Made by a program: the position numbers and the translations under genes
Assembly: GCA_012295275.1 (NCBI GenBank)
Contig: CM022673.1
Location: 28,520,001-28,584,000 of the forward strand
DNA length: 64,000 bases
Source of the DNA: Chrysomallon squamiferum
Lineage: Eukaryota > Animalia > Mollusca
Direction: 5' to 3'
In this document: positions 45,192 through 58,485 of the stretch, piece by piece
How the letters are laid out: each line of letters opens with the position of its first letter
Position numbering within the stretch: the stretch's first letter is position 1
Notes under the pieces: generated by a model
Told to the model about the DNA's origin: nothing
Databases searched by the model: none
What the model saw: the letters and a program-made list of their open reading frames with translations, nothing else

Positions 45192-46093
45192 ATCTTCTTT
45201 CTATTTATCTATCTATACATGTATGTATATTTACAGAAGCGTTAATGGAAAAAAAAAAAATAATAGTAATACACACACATATGCATACTTACATACATAC
45301 ATGTATAATTATTATTATTATTGTTGTTGTTGTTGTTGTTGTTGTTGCTACTGCTGCGAACACTGCTGCTGCTGCTGTTGCTGTAGTAATGACGCGTGAC
45401 AAGCCACACACGGTTGTTGTAATGTTTTATGCATCTCGTTTTATCTGTCGTCGGCTTGTAACATCAGACGTCTGTGTGGTTTGAAGCATCACATGCTGAC
45501 AAATGAAGATTGTTTCTAATGATATGGCGATTTAATGACTGAGGCCAGCAGATGTTACACGAAATACATACATACATACATATATACATACATATATATA
45601 TATATATATACGACATAACAATATAAAGTGTGCACCAAACACTTTCTTATTTAGGCTATACAAAATAAATATTTGTTTAATATTCATTTCAACGATTTTT
45701 AATCTATTATGTTTTTGTTTTATTTATAATTTTTATAACTTTTTTTTTTTTTTTTGTAGTTGGTGAGAGAGGTTTATTTATTTATTTATTTATTTTGTAT
45801 GTAGAAAAAAGGGGTGTGCATGGTATTCATGATTCTGTTAGCTTTGATAGGAAGGATCATTGAAAGCTTCCAGTTAAATCATGAGAAATGGTTCGTCCAT
45901 GATTGCAGAATGACTATAAAAGACTGCGCTTTGTTTAAGGATTATAAACTTTATCTCAAGAGATTTATTTCTTCTTTTTCTCATTCTTTTCAAAAATTAT
46001 CCAGGTCCACTTCACAGGTCGGTGGGGTCGGGAAACATTTTTTTTTTTTTAATATCTCTCCTTACTTATTTATTTATTTATTTATTTATGTAT

Positions 46094-46148
<55 letters not shown>

Positions 46149-46633
46149 TATGCTTAGGTGGATGTTATTTCCCTTTTTTATGCAAGCACGTTCATGCATA
46201 TTGGCATAATTATATTCGTGTTTGTCTCTGTGTCTCTGATTAGCCTTTCTGTTTTGATTCCTTTTTAATTTATATTTATATTTTATCTCTTCTCAGTTCA
46301 AAGTTTATATCTGTCTCTATACCTAAAATATCTGTCTCTGTTTATCTCCGTTTCATTTGTCATTTGTCTGCCTGTCTTTCTCTCATTTTCCATTATGTTT
46401 GCAAGTTGGTGCCATTAAAAAGCCTCCCGAGAATATCGCATGTTTGAATAATCTGTATATTCATGTGAATTAAGTAACATTATTATTAGTTGTGCCATTA
46501 TTTCATATATCAATAACAGAGAAAAAAAGGAAGCTGTAATTTAATATTAAGTTCGTTCATCGTGTTCTGAATATCAATAATTTTATATTTCTAAACAATG
46601 AACACCTATTTGCGACACATTTAAGTAATAAAT

Positions 46634-46705
<72 letters not shown>

Positions 46706-47190
46706 TATGAGCTATGCAATTTTATAATCCAAGGGAAATCACTATGTTTGCGGGCTTTTCGGAGTTGTTTCCCTTACAGTGGAACACATCAATTTATTAC
46801 CACTTCTACCCCACTCCTGCTACTACTACTACAACAACTACTACAACTACTACTATTATTACTACTGCTACTACTACTACTACTATTGCTACTACTAATT
46901 CTGCTGTTACTATTACTACTAAAGCTTTACTTTTACGACAGTTATGAACCACTGTGATGATTTGAATCACTACTGTAATAATAACGATCTGATCCCTAAT
47001 TGTTTAAGTTAAAATCAGCCGATCATCTTTATTCAGGTATAACCTTCGTCAGTGATGGAAATGGGTTTTGTGATCTGTTATTAATTTAATTTGTACATGG
47101 TTTGCTTGCTGCAAATAATGATACAACTACACTGGAATTCCTTCCTGCTTTCCTTTTCCTAATATTAATAATAATACTATCAATAATAAA

Positions 47191-47247
<57 letters not shown>

Positions 47248-48349
47248 TAGAACGATAGCAGTAGAAAAGGAAGAAAACGAAGAAGAATAAAGTGATAGAA
47301 AAGAAATTCAAAAAAAAAAAGAAAAAAAGGAGAATAATATATAGGCCAACAAAATAAATAAAACGAAAAAGAATAAAATTTATGTTTAAAAGCTCGATCA
47401 ATAGAACAAATGCAGAAAAAGGATTGATTTTCTAACTGACTTCGTGACATTTCTTGAAATATAGGCGTATTGTCTTTTTAATATTTATATATATATATAT
47501 ATATATATGGATTTCTTACGTTTACCTTTACAAAACTGTTGTGTTTATTGACCTGCGTTAAAATTAGTTTTAAACCTTTCTCAGTGGTTTCAAAATGCTT
47601 AGGACGTGAAAGTGTATTGCAAGAAAATAAAAATAAAAAATAAAGTAAACATCATAAATAAATAAAAACTTACTTCCTTTTGATTTATTAGCAAGCTTGA
47701 TACAGAATAACCTCTCTGTAAACACACAATATGTTCTTTGTCTCCTGGTTGTGAATTATATGTGTATTTGTCAGTTAATTTGTTTCATGTTTGAAAACTA
47801 ATAAAAAAAAAATATCAGTATCTCATGATGGCTTTTGTTTTGTTTTTCTTTCGTCATTATCATATTAAACAAGCAACAGATTTGACACCTGTTGTTACTC
47901 AATATTAAATATATGTTTTTAGACAATATTCATTCGTTTATTTATATATTTATTTTTTCATTATTTCATGTATGCATACATTTATTCTTTCATTCTTTCA
48001 TTCATACATACATTCATTCTTTTATTTATTTATTTACTTATTTATTTATTCATTCATTCATTCATTCGGCAAGAGACGGCAATGCTTGTCACATACGTAT
48101 TTGTCGTAATCGTTTATTTATAAAGTGAAAACTCAGGCCAGTTTATAAAACAAAATATTTTATTCAACCAACTAAAATGTAAACAACAAAGTGCAACACT
48201 GCTTATCACAGAGATCTAAGCGTCAACACAAATAACACAGTCAACTGTAATCAACAGTGAAACAACTGCAAATAACATAAACATGTTACTAATAAAACCA
48301 AAACAAAACTAACATGTAATCTGAATAAAAGAAAAAACAAACAATCGTA

Positions 48350-49085
48350 TTATTTTGGATATCAACGTAAATCAAAGTATCTGTATCGTTTGAAATTCAA
48401 AGTAAACCTGAAATGAGCAGTTGTATAATTTAGATTTCAGTATTATATCAAAACAAATAATGATATAGTTTGGATATCACTGTAGACAAAAACAAGTATA
48501 TCATTTGGATATCAGTATAAACCAAAACGCAACGATATCACTTGGATGTCAAGGGAGACCAGAACAAGCAGATATGTTTTAGATATCAGTATATATCAGA
48601 TAAAACAACATCATTTGATATCAATGTAAATACAAGATACAAAGATCCGTATCTTTCGAATAATTGTTACTGTAAAGGAAAATAAATATATTATTTGGAT
48701 ATCAGTATAAATAAGAAAACAATCAACTGTATATATTGGATATCAGTGGACTCTAAACAAACAGTTACATGGATATCTTTTGAAAATGATTACACTATTT
48801 AGATAACAGAGTAAATCTAATGAATACCTATCAAGATATAAACGTGAAAAAAAAAGAAGAAGAAGAAAAAAAAAGGAGAAACCGCTATAAATATTATGTT
48901 GATATCAAAGTAAGAAAAAAAAATTCAAGAAGTTTATAAATCACTTAAAGTAACACGTGATCCAGAGTAAGTACACGTCTTCTCGATGTGAGTATAAACA
49001 AATATAAACTGTAATATCATTTAGTTATCAGTGTAAATCAAAACGACAACAGGTATATAATTTGGATATCTATGTAAACACACAT
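48350..49085. repeat. Degenerate ~35-40-bp tandem array
   Basis: Recurring core ttggatatcagtgtaaa followed by A/C-rich variable sequence, more than a dozen recognisable units. Confidence 0.7.
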
Positions 49086-49351
49086 GATACATTAGCATTA
49101 GCACTGGCGTGACATACTTTATTGTTGAAATATTGTTCAATGACCAAGCAATGAAAACACTCTTCTAAAGACATACCAAAACAAACAATTATCAGTTATA
49201 TATTATGTTTTATATAGCAGTGTAAATGTGCATTAAATACGTTTCTCAATTAAACAACATGAATCCGTTGGTCAGAGGGGAAAAAAAAAAATTAATAAAA
49301 TAAATAAATGAAAGAAAAAAAGACAACAAAATTAAAAAAAAAGAAAGAAAG

Positions 49352-49391
<40 letters not shown>

Positions 49392-51480
49392 AGAGAGAAA
49401 TATAAATAATTATATAATCATTTTGGTATCAATGTTAAAATAAAAATAAATGTATATATTATTTACCAGTGTAAATAATTAGTATATTTGTCATATACAT
49501 TATTTTTCTGATTGTATGAATCAGAACACAGCTAATCATATATCCAGTGGATGTGATTGTAAATAATGATTATCTACATAAGACATATTTCCTACCAGAA
49601 GCTCAATGCCTGCGATGTTGACGATAACAAGAGATGCTAGTGATACAGATGTGTGCTGGAGTAGAAAATCACTGTTTTTATACACACAGGAAGTACAAGA
49701 ATGATTACCATTAGGAAACTGACGTAATCTTGTTTTTAATTTTGAACAAAGAGTTGACATTTAATTACGCCTTTTTTTTTGTTTTTTTTTTGTATATATG
49801 TTTCTTTTTTTTGTTTTGTTCTTTTACACTGTTTTAAAATATTTCATATATATATATATATATATGTTATTATTTTACTTGATAAAGATAACTGAAAAGA
49901 TATTGTCAAAACAGACCACGAACGAATGAAATTTCAGAAACAGACTTAGAAGACTTAGGAGGCTGACCGAAAGCTGAGATACAGACTATTACACACACAG
50001 ATATAAAAAAGAAAAGAAGAAGAAGAAAAGCAAAGACCGAACGTATCATAAAAAAACAAAGACTACAATAACTGAAACAATGTACAATGAAAGAAGCCAT
50101 GTTATTTGACTACCGAATAACTTTTTCATACATTCTTTCCAAAACAACCATAAATATTAACCCAACCAAAATTAAAGGTTCCTCCTCGTCCATGATAGAT
50201 ATTAAACCTAATTATATTAAATCTGTGAGTTCATATCTCCAAGGCAGAAGGAACTTTTCCGTGAAATTAATATCCTTCGTGTTTACGTGAGTTGCGAGAT
50301 CGATATATAGATTTATAAATAATTTCATTATTTGCAACCTTCGCAAAGATTCTCTCCAGCAAATGACATATTAAAATTATTCAGAGTTACTAAAAGAAAT
50401 TAAAGTGAAATGAAGCAAATATTAGTTTATATTCAGAAGAAGGCTGTGGTAGCGGGGAATGTTATAAAATATTAATAAATATTATTATATAAGGATATAA
50501 ATATCTTAGGACCGGTCGATGAAGCGAACGCTTTAATCATTGATCGCCGGATAAATTTCTGTGTGGTTCTCGAGTCCTTTGTTTCGCTCAGTGACAGTTA
50601 TATATGTATATTTGGTATGAGAAATCTTTATTCCATTGACAGTCCGGTAAATGTAATGCATAATAAACGTGACTCTTTTATATATATTATTTTTCTTTTT
50701 TTACTTGGAAAATGGCTTTGTCTGTTGACGTCAGGTAAAGATTTACCTATGACAAGCCTGCACACTGAATCTCAAATCTTTACATTTAGAATGCTTTGAC
50801 TGTTTACAGCCAGATGAATGTTGCCTGTAGAAAAGGCTTCTCGTTGAAAGTCACGTAAATTCTTGGGTGTAAAAAAAGCTTTGTCCGTTAATTCGGTGGT
50901 GAAGTCTTGTGCTTAGAATATCCATTGCACTAATAAAAAATTCTTGAATCTGGAAGTTGTTGCTGTTGTTGTATGTATTTTTTGTTTTGTTTTCGTTTTG
51001 TTGTTGTTGTTGTTTTTGCACTGTTCGAAAGATACATTTTTTATTTAGAATGGTTTTTGCCGTTGACATTGGAACTGGTTAAGAATGCTTTGTTCTTTGA
51101 TACCTAAATGTTTTAAAGCCTTACTTGCTGATATTCAGTTAACTGTGACATTTAACCGTCAGATAAATGACTACATATTAAAACACACCAGTACACATTT
51201 TCGATTAACTGATACAATATAACATATCTGTGCCAGAAAAACACGCTTTTAAATGGAGCTTGTCAACACGACAAACATGAACCGAGTGAAGTTGGAAATG
51301 CACTATTACTGCAAAACTAAACACACAGTACTTTTAACAACCTTTGTGAATACATTTTATACAACTAACGTTAACAAAGCAGTCGATTAAGAAAACTAAT
51401 GAGTATTTCGTAACCATCAAACATTTAACGTAACAATCACTCACTCACCATACGTAAATAAAACATTCATTATGAACATC

Positions 51481-51532
<52 letters not shown>

Positions 51533-52045
51533 GTAATAATAATATATTCGTCATTGGTTTATCATAATAAATGGAGACAAGACTAAACATAACTTAAATA
51601 CATAGTTTGATGTTCTTAGCCTAATACTTTTTAGTGACCAGATGGCAATACCACACAACTCTGGCCTCAGTAGATCTTGGTCACTGCGTTCCCGTAGATT
51701 TCTTAAGAAGTGTTACAAGTGTTTTCGTCTGTGGTAATTATGTGCCACTGAAGCCATTCAAAACTGAGTTGTATAGTTATTAAAGATCTATGAATACTAT
51801 AACCCCCTCCCCTATTCCCTTAAGCTAAGTGCGCATGTACTAAATGTATAAAAAAAAAAAAAAAAAAAGCTAGGAACACAACCGCCGGTTTTCGTGTTTT
51901 CTCTTCTGTTTTACTTCTGGATATATTATATCTTTTTAATTTGATTCTTTTTTTTTTTTTTTTTTTCTTAATATTTCAGAAGAGGCGTTCATATCTGTAC
52001 AAAAACATGGATTAAAAACAGTGAACCACACACAACACGTCAGTC

Positions 52046-52731
52046 TTACAAGTCAATCGAACGAGAAACGTCATTCCGGAGCTCCCCGCACTTGCCGTCG
52101 CCCGCCGGATAAATCTTGAGATGCAAGTCACGTGGCTTCACTTTGTAGATGTCCTGGAGGAGGGTTTCCAGCTGGAGGATGGGGGCCACGATGACGGGGC
52201 TGTTGATCATGTTGCGGGCGTACATCGCGAACGATTCGACCACGTCGTTCTCTCGCACGCAGCACACGGCCGTCCAGAACAGGAAGGGTACGTTGACGTC
52301 GTACCCGATGGTCTCCGCGGGATTCGACGACGGCACCGCGCCCGAGACGACGTACAGTGCAGCGCTGTCGGTGTCGTTGGAGCGGTCGGACGACGACGTG
52401 GTAGTAGTCGTAGCGATGTGGCACCGACGCACGGCGTATTTTCGAATCTGCCGGATGCCTTGACGCCAGGCGGTGTAGAGAGACGCGTGCATGGGAGCCG
52501 TGTTCGTCAGAGCGAACGTCGACAACTTGGCGTCCACGTCTCCGTTGATGAGCTCCGGCCAGACGAGGTGCGCGAGGCGGTAGCCGGACAGTTCGTAGTC
52601 CACTGGAAGCGCCTGCTTCATGCCCAGCGCGCACTCCCAGTCGCGTGCGCACTTCGATATGTCCGACATGGTTGCCATTCCGCGCTGCTTCTCGTAGAAC
52701 CACGTGTACGTCAGCACGTTCTCCACTAGAC
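52046..52731 (-). CDS. Mosaic Kazal/TSP1/endonuclease-like protein, last exon (C-terminal part of DNA/RNA non-specific endonuclease domain)
   Basis: Acceptor ttccag|GT in phase 1, GC-rich coding sequence. Peptides QALPVDYELSGYRLAHL, STFALTNTAP, LYVVSGAVPS and VNVPFLFWTAVCC match the ENDOD1-like/NUC pattern. Stop at 52046-52048. Confidence 0.88.
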
Positions 52732-52995
52732 CTGGAAAGTAATTTTATAAATGATGTGTTGAGCATGATTTTTTTTAATTTTTTTTTTCTGCTGGAGAAA
52801 CCTGTACAAAAATCATTATTTGAAAATGAATTTGTTTAAAGTATGACGAATAACGGGTTTCAGCTGAAACTTTTAAAGCATTTGTTTTAATTTCAGGGCA
52901 GTAAATTGTACTGCAAGATAATCTTACTACAATCATAATAATAACAGTCTGTTCGTAATAAAATAAAGATTGAAGACTCTCTCTCTCTCTCTCTG

Positions 52996-53049
<54 letters not shown>

Positions 53050-53070
53050 TAAAGCCTCAAAGCATCATAC

Positions 53071-53562
53071 CTCGTTCAATCATGTATGGAGTATGGGGCC
53101 AGGAGTCATCACTTAGAAAGGTGACTTTGGCCAGAGATGCCACTGGGATTCTGTTTTTCGTGTCGAAGATTGTACCATAGTACGCGTTCTTGTAGCCAAA
53201 CGCTCTTCCGTACTTGCTCTCTTTCGCAAACCTCTGACATATAAACGAATACTGCGAGTCGATTTCCGACAGACCGCTTGGAATTCTGCTGCCGTAGATG
53301 AAATCAATCCAGCACTTGTGCGCGAAGTCGCCAAGATTTCGTTGTTTTCGCGCCATTTTCGATCCTTTGCATTTCCGGGTAGTTTTGCAGATTTCCTGAA
53401 GGTGGCGCTTGCAAACGAGTTGCGGTGTGCTGAGTACAAGGAACAGATCCGGTTTGTCGCACCATTTCCGGATGTGACCTTTAGAAATGACCTGCACTAA
53501 ACTGAACTGCGAGAAAACCATTTTGCCTCGTTTTAGATCGAACAACGAGTAGGTACACTGGC
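53071..53562 (-). CDS. Mosaic protein exon (Cys-containing linker plus N-terminal part of endonuclease domain)
   Basis: ttcag|GC...CGAG|gtatga, 492 nt, phase 1-1. Contains CWIDFIYG..P, ICQR, YGTIFDTKNRIPVAS and W....YMIE, typical of ENDOD1-like N-termini. Confidence 0.88.
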
Positions 53563-54157
53563 CTGAAAAAAAAAAATGTATGTATGTATGTATCTATGTG
53601 TGTGTGTGTGTGTGTATATATATATTATTTTAATAAAATATAATTTCAAAATTAAATGTCGCTAATCATCAAACTGTATAGACTCTAATAACAGTTTTTA
53701 AAAACAGAACTTAATTCCAGTACAGAAAACAAAAAAACAAACCAAAAGAGAAAAATATTTTGTTATTGTCTGCACCAGCTTACAAGAAATACACGACTGT
53801 GAGCATAAATAAATTTAGATGTAGTAGTAATTGTTCTTCGAATGGTCAGAGAGCACAAAAAGATACCGATATTAAAAATAATTCAATACCACGGCGTGTG
53901 ATAAACACACGCGAGAAGAAACAGAGGACTGTTTTCGACAGCTGCTATAATCTTCACTATTCAAATCCCAACACTGCTTAATAGCACGGATAATGTAGTT
54001 TTTACATGAACCAAATTAATAAAAAGCGATTCCTATAGTTCAGTCTATTGATAAAAGAAAAGACGAGAATGTGAAAAACAAATTAGATTACTGCATAGCA
54101 GGATTAATATCGTTGAATCGATTTGCTGTAAAAAGAACAGGTGTCATGTATACTCAC

Positions 54158-54187
54158 CTTCATTAGCTGCTGCCCCAAATACCATAT
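54158..54187 (-). CDS. Mosaic protein mini-exon (DMVFGAAANE)
   Basis: tttcag|AT...GAAG|gtgagt, 30 nt, phase 1-1, open in the required frame. Confidence 0.75.
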
Positions 54188-54274
54188 CTGAAAACAAAAT
54201 TTACCAAATATAGCCATCGCTAGGAAGGTGTTATTCATTTTCATTAACTGTTAAGTGATATTGTTGTTATTGCA

Positions 54275-54322
<48 letters not shown>

Positions 54323-54750
54323 GTTGTTGTTGTTGTTGTTGCTTCTGTCGTTGTAGTAGTTGTTGATGTTTTCATTGTTATTCTTGTTACTACTGGCGAT
54401 ACTATTTGCACTCTTCATTTTTAGTTTCGCTACCAGTAAAGTTGCGAACAATATTATTATTACAAAGCTGCAAATATCACAGCCCTTTGGACGTGTTAAA
54501 ATATACATTTATTAAATCAACTTAGTAAATGTAAGCTTCACGTAACCATAAGACTTAGTTACATTAACTCGCTAATTCTCAGTATGTTTTCAGAAATACA
54601 GCAAGATGCAAATATAATTATACGAGAATAGAACGGTGACCTTTTATCAAAGAAGAAAAAGAAAATGCTTATTTTTTGTTCCATAATTTAATGTAACACG
54701 ACATCAGAAACATTGTTTTTGTTTTCGTTTCGTTATTATTATTATCTCAT

Positions 54751-54793
<43 letters not shown>

Positions 54794-55227
54794 TTATTAT
54801 TATTATTATTATCTCTTGTTTTGTTTTTCTTCTGGAACTTACTATTCAGGTAAAAATAGATTATCATAAAAAGTGTTGGATGAAGTGTAGGAAGATATTA
54901 GTGGTGAAAAGATGACAAACCGAAAGTAAAAATCTAATTGCAATTCGAGATGACTGTTTATTTGATAGACTGTGAATTTTATATTCATTTTTTATTTTTA
55001 TTTTTATTTTGTTTGTCTACACGTGTATTTTCTTTGCTTTTGGCGCTCATACAAAATGAGAATTATACATTACAAAAACAGTATAGATCTAAGGAAAACT
55101 ACTTATGCAACAGTCAGGACTAATAATCTTACTGTAATATAATATTTTCATTTCCTTTAATTTTATTTTGTATTATTTTACTTCTTATTTCTCTCTTTTA
55201 TACATTAACAAACAGAATACGTGTTAC

Positions 55228-55470
55228 CAGAATTAGGTGTGTCGCGAATATCTATTCCGTCGCACTGGTATTCGAACTTGCTTGCTCCTGTTCCATTCCA
55301 CAAACGGCACGTTCCAACCTCGTGGATGCTGCAGGATTTCACTTCAATTCTTGGCCCGTTACACGAAGCAATTTTACCGAGAGACGTTCCTTCTAAGTGA
55401 CATGACCGGAACCGGATGTCGACGTCACCGGAAGCGATCCATGGCGACCATTTGCTCCAGTAAGCTTTGG
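55228..55470 (-). CDS. Mosaic protein exon with atypical thrombospondin type-1 repeat
   Basis: acacag|CC...TCTG|gtaaca, 243 nt, phase 1-1. Translates AKAYWSKWSPWIASGDVDIRFRSCHLEGTSLGKIASCNGPRIEVKSC..., showing WxxWxxW, RxRxC and CxGxxxExxxC. Absent from the ORF track because it has no start codon. Confidence 0.82.
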
Positions 55471-55768
55471 CTGTGTTTAATTAAATGATACAAATAAAAA
55501 AAATAAAAAAAAAAATTAAAATTTATCTTAGGAAATGATATCAAAAAGTTTTAATGATATGTGGTTAAGCATATCGGTAATATTTCTTTTAAAAATTGGA
55601 ATCTGATTTAATAGGTTTTTTTTTTTTTTGCTATGAAGCTATCAGCTGATTATTGAAAAAAAAAATCATAAAAATCAAAATTTACCAAATATAGACATCT
55701 ACAGCAAGGTATAATTGCAAGCACTGTTAATTAAAATAACTGTAATTTAAAACTGATTGCTAATTTAC

Positions 55769-55816
55769 CTTGTTCTTCTGGACACAATTCACCGTGTGTA
55801 GTTGTTTGTATACCAC
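55769..55816 (-). CDS. Mosaic protein exon (CGIQTTTHGELCPEEQ)
   Basis: tttcag|GT...CAAG|gtaaat, 48 nt, phase 1-1. The split codon T+GT supplies the last Cys of the Kazal domain. Confidence 0.78.
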
Positions 55817-56214
55817 CTGAAAAATTAAATATGCAGATGTAGCTTTTAATAAGACTAACTAGCAATAGCCTTGAATCATTAATGTCATCGTGATCAATAT
55901 CATATTCATTAGCATCATTACTATTATTCATAGGAAATAAACAAAATCTACCACTGAATCGAGAGTGTTATTTACTAAAGTAAAAACACTTTCAGAAAAA
56001 AAATGTATCCAGAAAATATTTATGTTTTATTATGAAATAATGTTTCAGTGTCGATATTATTACTATTCCTTGCTGTTTCTGTTACTTATCTAGGGATAAT
56101 TAGTGGAACAGTTACATCAAATGTTACGTTTAGAGCAAACTGTGCCACCAATAACGACGACAACAACAGAAACAACAACATGTGAACGCTGTGTTATGAA
56201 ACTAGAATTCTCAC

Positions 56215-56427
56215 ATTGACTTAGATCAGCCTGGCTTATCTCCTGCTGAGTACCACACGACATGTGACGTAGTTCACAGAGGTTGCGGTAGAGAATTTTG
56301 TTGGAACCACACACAGGGTGGTGTGGTTCGTCAGAGCAGTTGTAGATACACGAACAGCTGATGTTGGCTCCGTCAGTAACGCAGACTGCGCCGTACAAGC
56401 ATGTGACGTCATCGCAGGGATTTCCGG
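56215..56427 (-). CDS. Mosaic protein exon: follistatin-N plus Kazal module
   Basis: tttcag|CC...CAAT|gtgaga, 213 nt, phase 1-1. NPCDDVTCLYGAVC...CSCIYNCSDEPHHPVCGSNKILYRNLCELRHMSC has the agrin/follistatin-type FOLN-Kazal cysteine pattern. Confidence 0.88.
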
Positions 56428-56629
56428 CTGAAATAATAATAATAATAATAATAATCATGATGATGATATTATTTAGTAGCATCTTTATCCCCATCAGGTT
56501 ATGAGCAATGAAATGTTTATGAAATCTGTTCTGTTTTAAATCAAATTAATTTACCAATAGTACCAGACAAATAAATATAACCGTGCAACTTTTATTTAAT
56601 GTTTGCTGTTTTCAGGATATGTATATATA

Positions 56630-56732
<103 letters not shown>

Positions 56733-56844
56733 ATACATATTGTATCCATATTATATCCATATATATATATACTTAGTTAGTTAGTTAGTTAATTAGTTAG
56801 TTGTTTTTATCAGAAGAGGTTCACAACAATAGAACGGACATTAC

Positions 56845-57009
56845 CTCCTGTACCTGGGTCTGAGAATACATCAGACTCTGGGTCGTGTTCGACAACAGAT
56901 CCTGGAGGTTTTGTGGCCTCTGGTTTTTGTTTTGGGGGTGACTGCGTTAGAGGAGGAGATTTTGTAACAGCGAAATTATCCTGCTGTGCATCTTCATCTT
57001 CGCCTCCTT
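56845..57009 (-). CDS. Mosaic protein exon, acidic Pro/Thr/Lys-rich linker
   Basis: attcag|AA...GGAG|gtaatg, 165 nt, phase 1-1. Translates EGGEDEDAQQDNFAVTKSPPLTQSPPKQKPEATKPPG... Confidence 0.78.
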
Positions 57010-57761
57010 CTGAATGACAAAAAATAATAATAATAACAAAAAGAAGAAGAAGAACAACAACAACAACAACAACATAAAACGAAAGAAAAGAAAGAAAGGA
57101 AAGGAAAACGAACAAGTATTGTATTGTTATTCTTGAAAGAGCTAAATGCTGATTGTTACAGTGAACAACCCGATACCATGTGTTGTACACAGAAAATAAT
57201 TTTAGCCCATGAAATTTTATGCTTTGAAATGAACTACATAATTCACAGTTTGTCTTATCGTTCGGCTGATAATAAAAGAAAATATAATAGACAGTCAAAT
57301 ATGTAGTATGTACGTAAGTCTGTCTGAGTATCTGTATATGCGTTTTGAAACAAGTGTCATTATAAAGACAAGAATAAAGAGAAAATGTTATAAAGACATC
57401 AGAGAAAAAACAACTTAAAATAATAGCACAAAAAACTAGCTAAAGCTGTAATACATTATTAATCAATGCAAGACCTAATATTAGATCTTGTTTGACAGAG
57501 ACATATTGAAATGGATCTTCGATAGTGTCAAAGCTGCACATATTGAACGAAAGAGAATGTCTCTTGAAACATACAGACACCCACTCACAGATATAAACAC
57601 ATATCACTTTTAAAGACCACGCAAAAATATAATAAGAAGAAAACGATGTGACGTTTTGCACTGTTAATAAAAATTCATGATCCCTTTTCTGTGACGTGAC
57701 AACTGATTAGGTTTGACATCATGAAGTCATGACCATCACTGACAAAAATAGATAAACAAAA

Positions 57762-57813
<52 letters not shown>

Positions 57814-58269
57814 ACACCTATACCTACGTGCTACATGTAATTGCTGCATAAGGCTGCAGACATGATGTCAGAATATCGATAAACACCTGCACGGGATTAC
57901 AGTCTTTGAATGTGTTAGGTTTTAAAGGATGTAAACAGCCAGTCGCGAATGGTTCATGAAATATTGAAGCTCGTGGACTGGCATTTGGGTTTAGAAATCG
58001 TGTAGAGACCAAAAACTGTTAGCTGTTAAATTAATTAGACATGTCTAAAGTCACATGTGAATTGAATAGCTCGTCCCCACTACATTAGTTCGTGTCTCTA
58101 AGTGCGTTGGTCACTTCAGGGAAATAACTGCATCATGTTGTGGCTAATGGAAACTTGTATGTTGAATAAAATATATCAGATTTATCTTCCTCTGATGAGT
58201 GAATGAATAAATGAGCTCATGACTGAATCAATCAAACAATCAATCAATAACGAATCAGTGAAAAAGGAT

Positions 58270-58485
58270 GAACGGACATTTTTGTTTCATGACGTCAAAA
58301 GTCATTTTGATTATTGACTATTATTAGTTGTCAATCAAAATTTTTTTTTTAGTGATTATAAAAGATACAAAATAAGCTCTCGCTACTGAGTGAACTAACT
58401 GGTCAGCAACAAGGGATGTTTTTTGTGAACCTTGCCATGAAATGCAAAATATTTGATTGGTATTTAATAAAACAGCCACCAGTCA
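58270..58485 (-). mobile_element. Degenerate SINE-like fragment (same family, reverse orientation)
   Basis: tcagcaacaagggatgttttt at 58403-58423 is the reverse complement of the shared core. Confidence 0.4.

Noticed and set aside
48350-49085. CRISPR-like repeat/spacer appearance
   Set aside because: The context is eukaryotic, the cores are degenerate, the spacers resemble each other, and there are no cas genes.
51633-51685. Hairpin in the mosaic gene 3' UTR (agtgaccagat / atcttggtcact)
   Set aside because: An 11-bp bulged stem is plausible by chance, and no SECIS or other known motif was recognised.
52121-52839. Overlapping 202-, 212- and 104-aa ORFs on the nuclease last exon
   Set aside because: These are shadow frames of a GC-rich exon. 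Only the 52046 frame has domain motifs.
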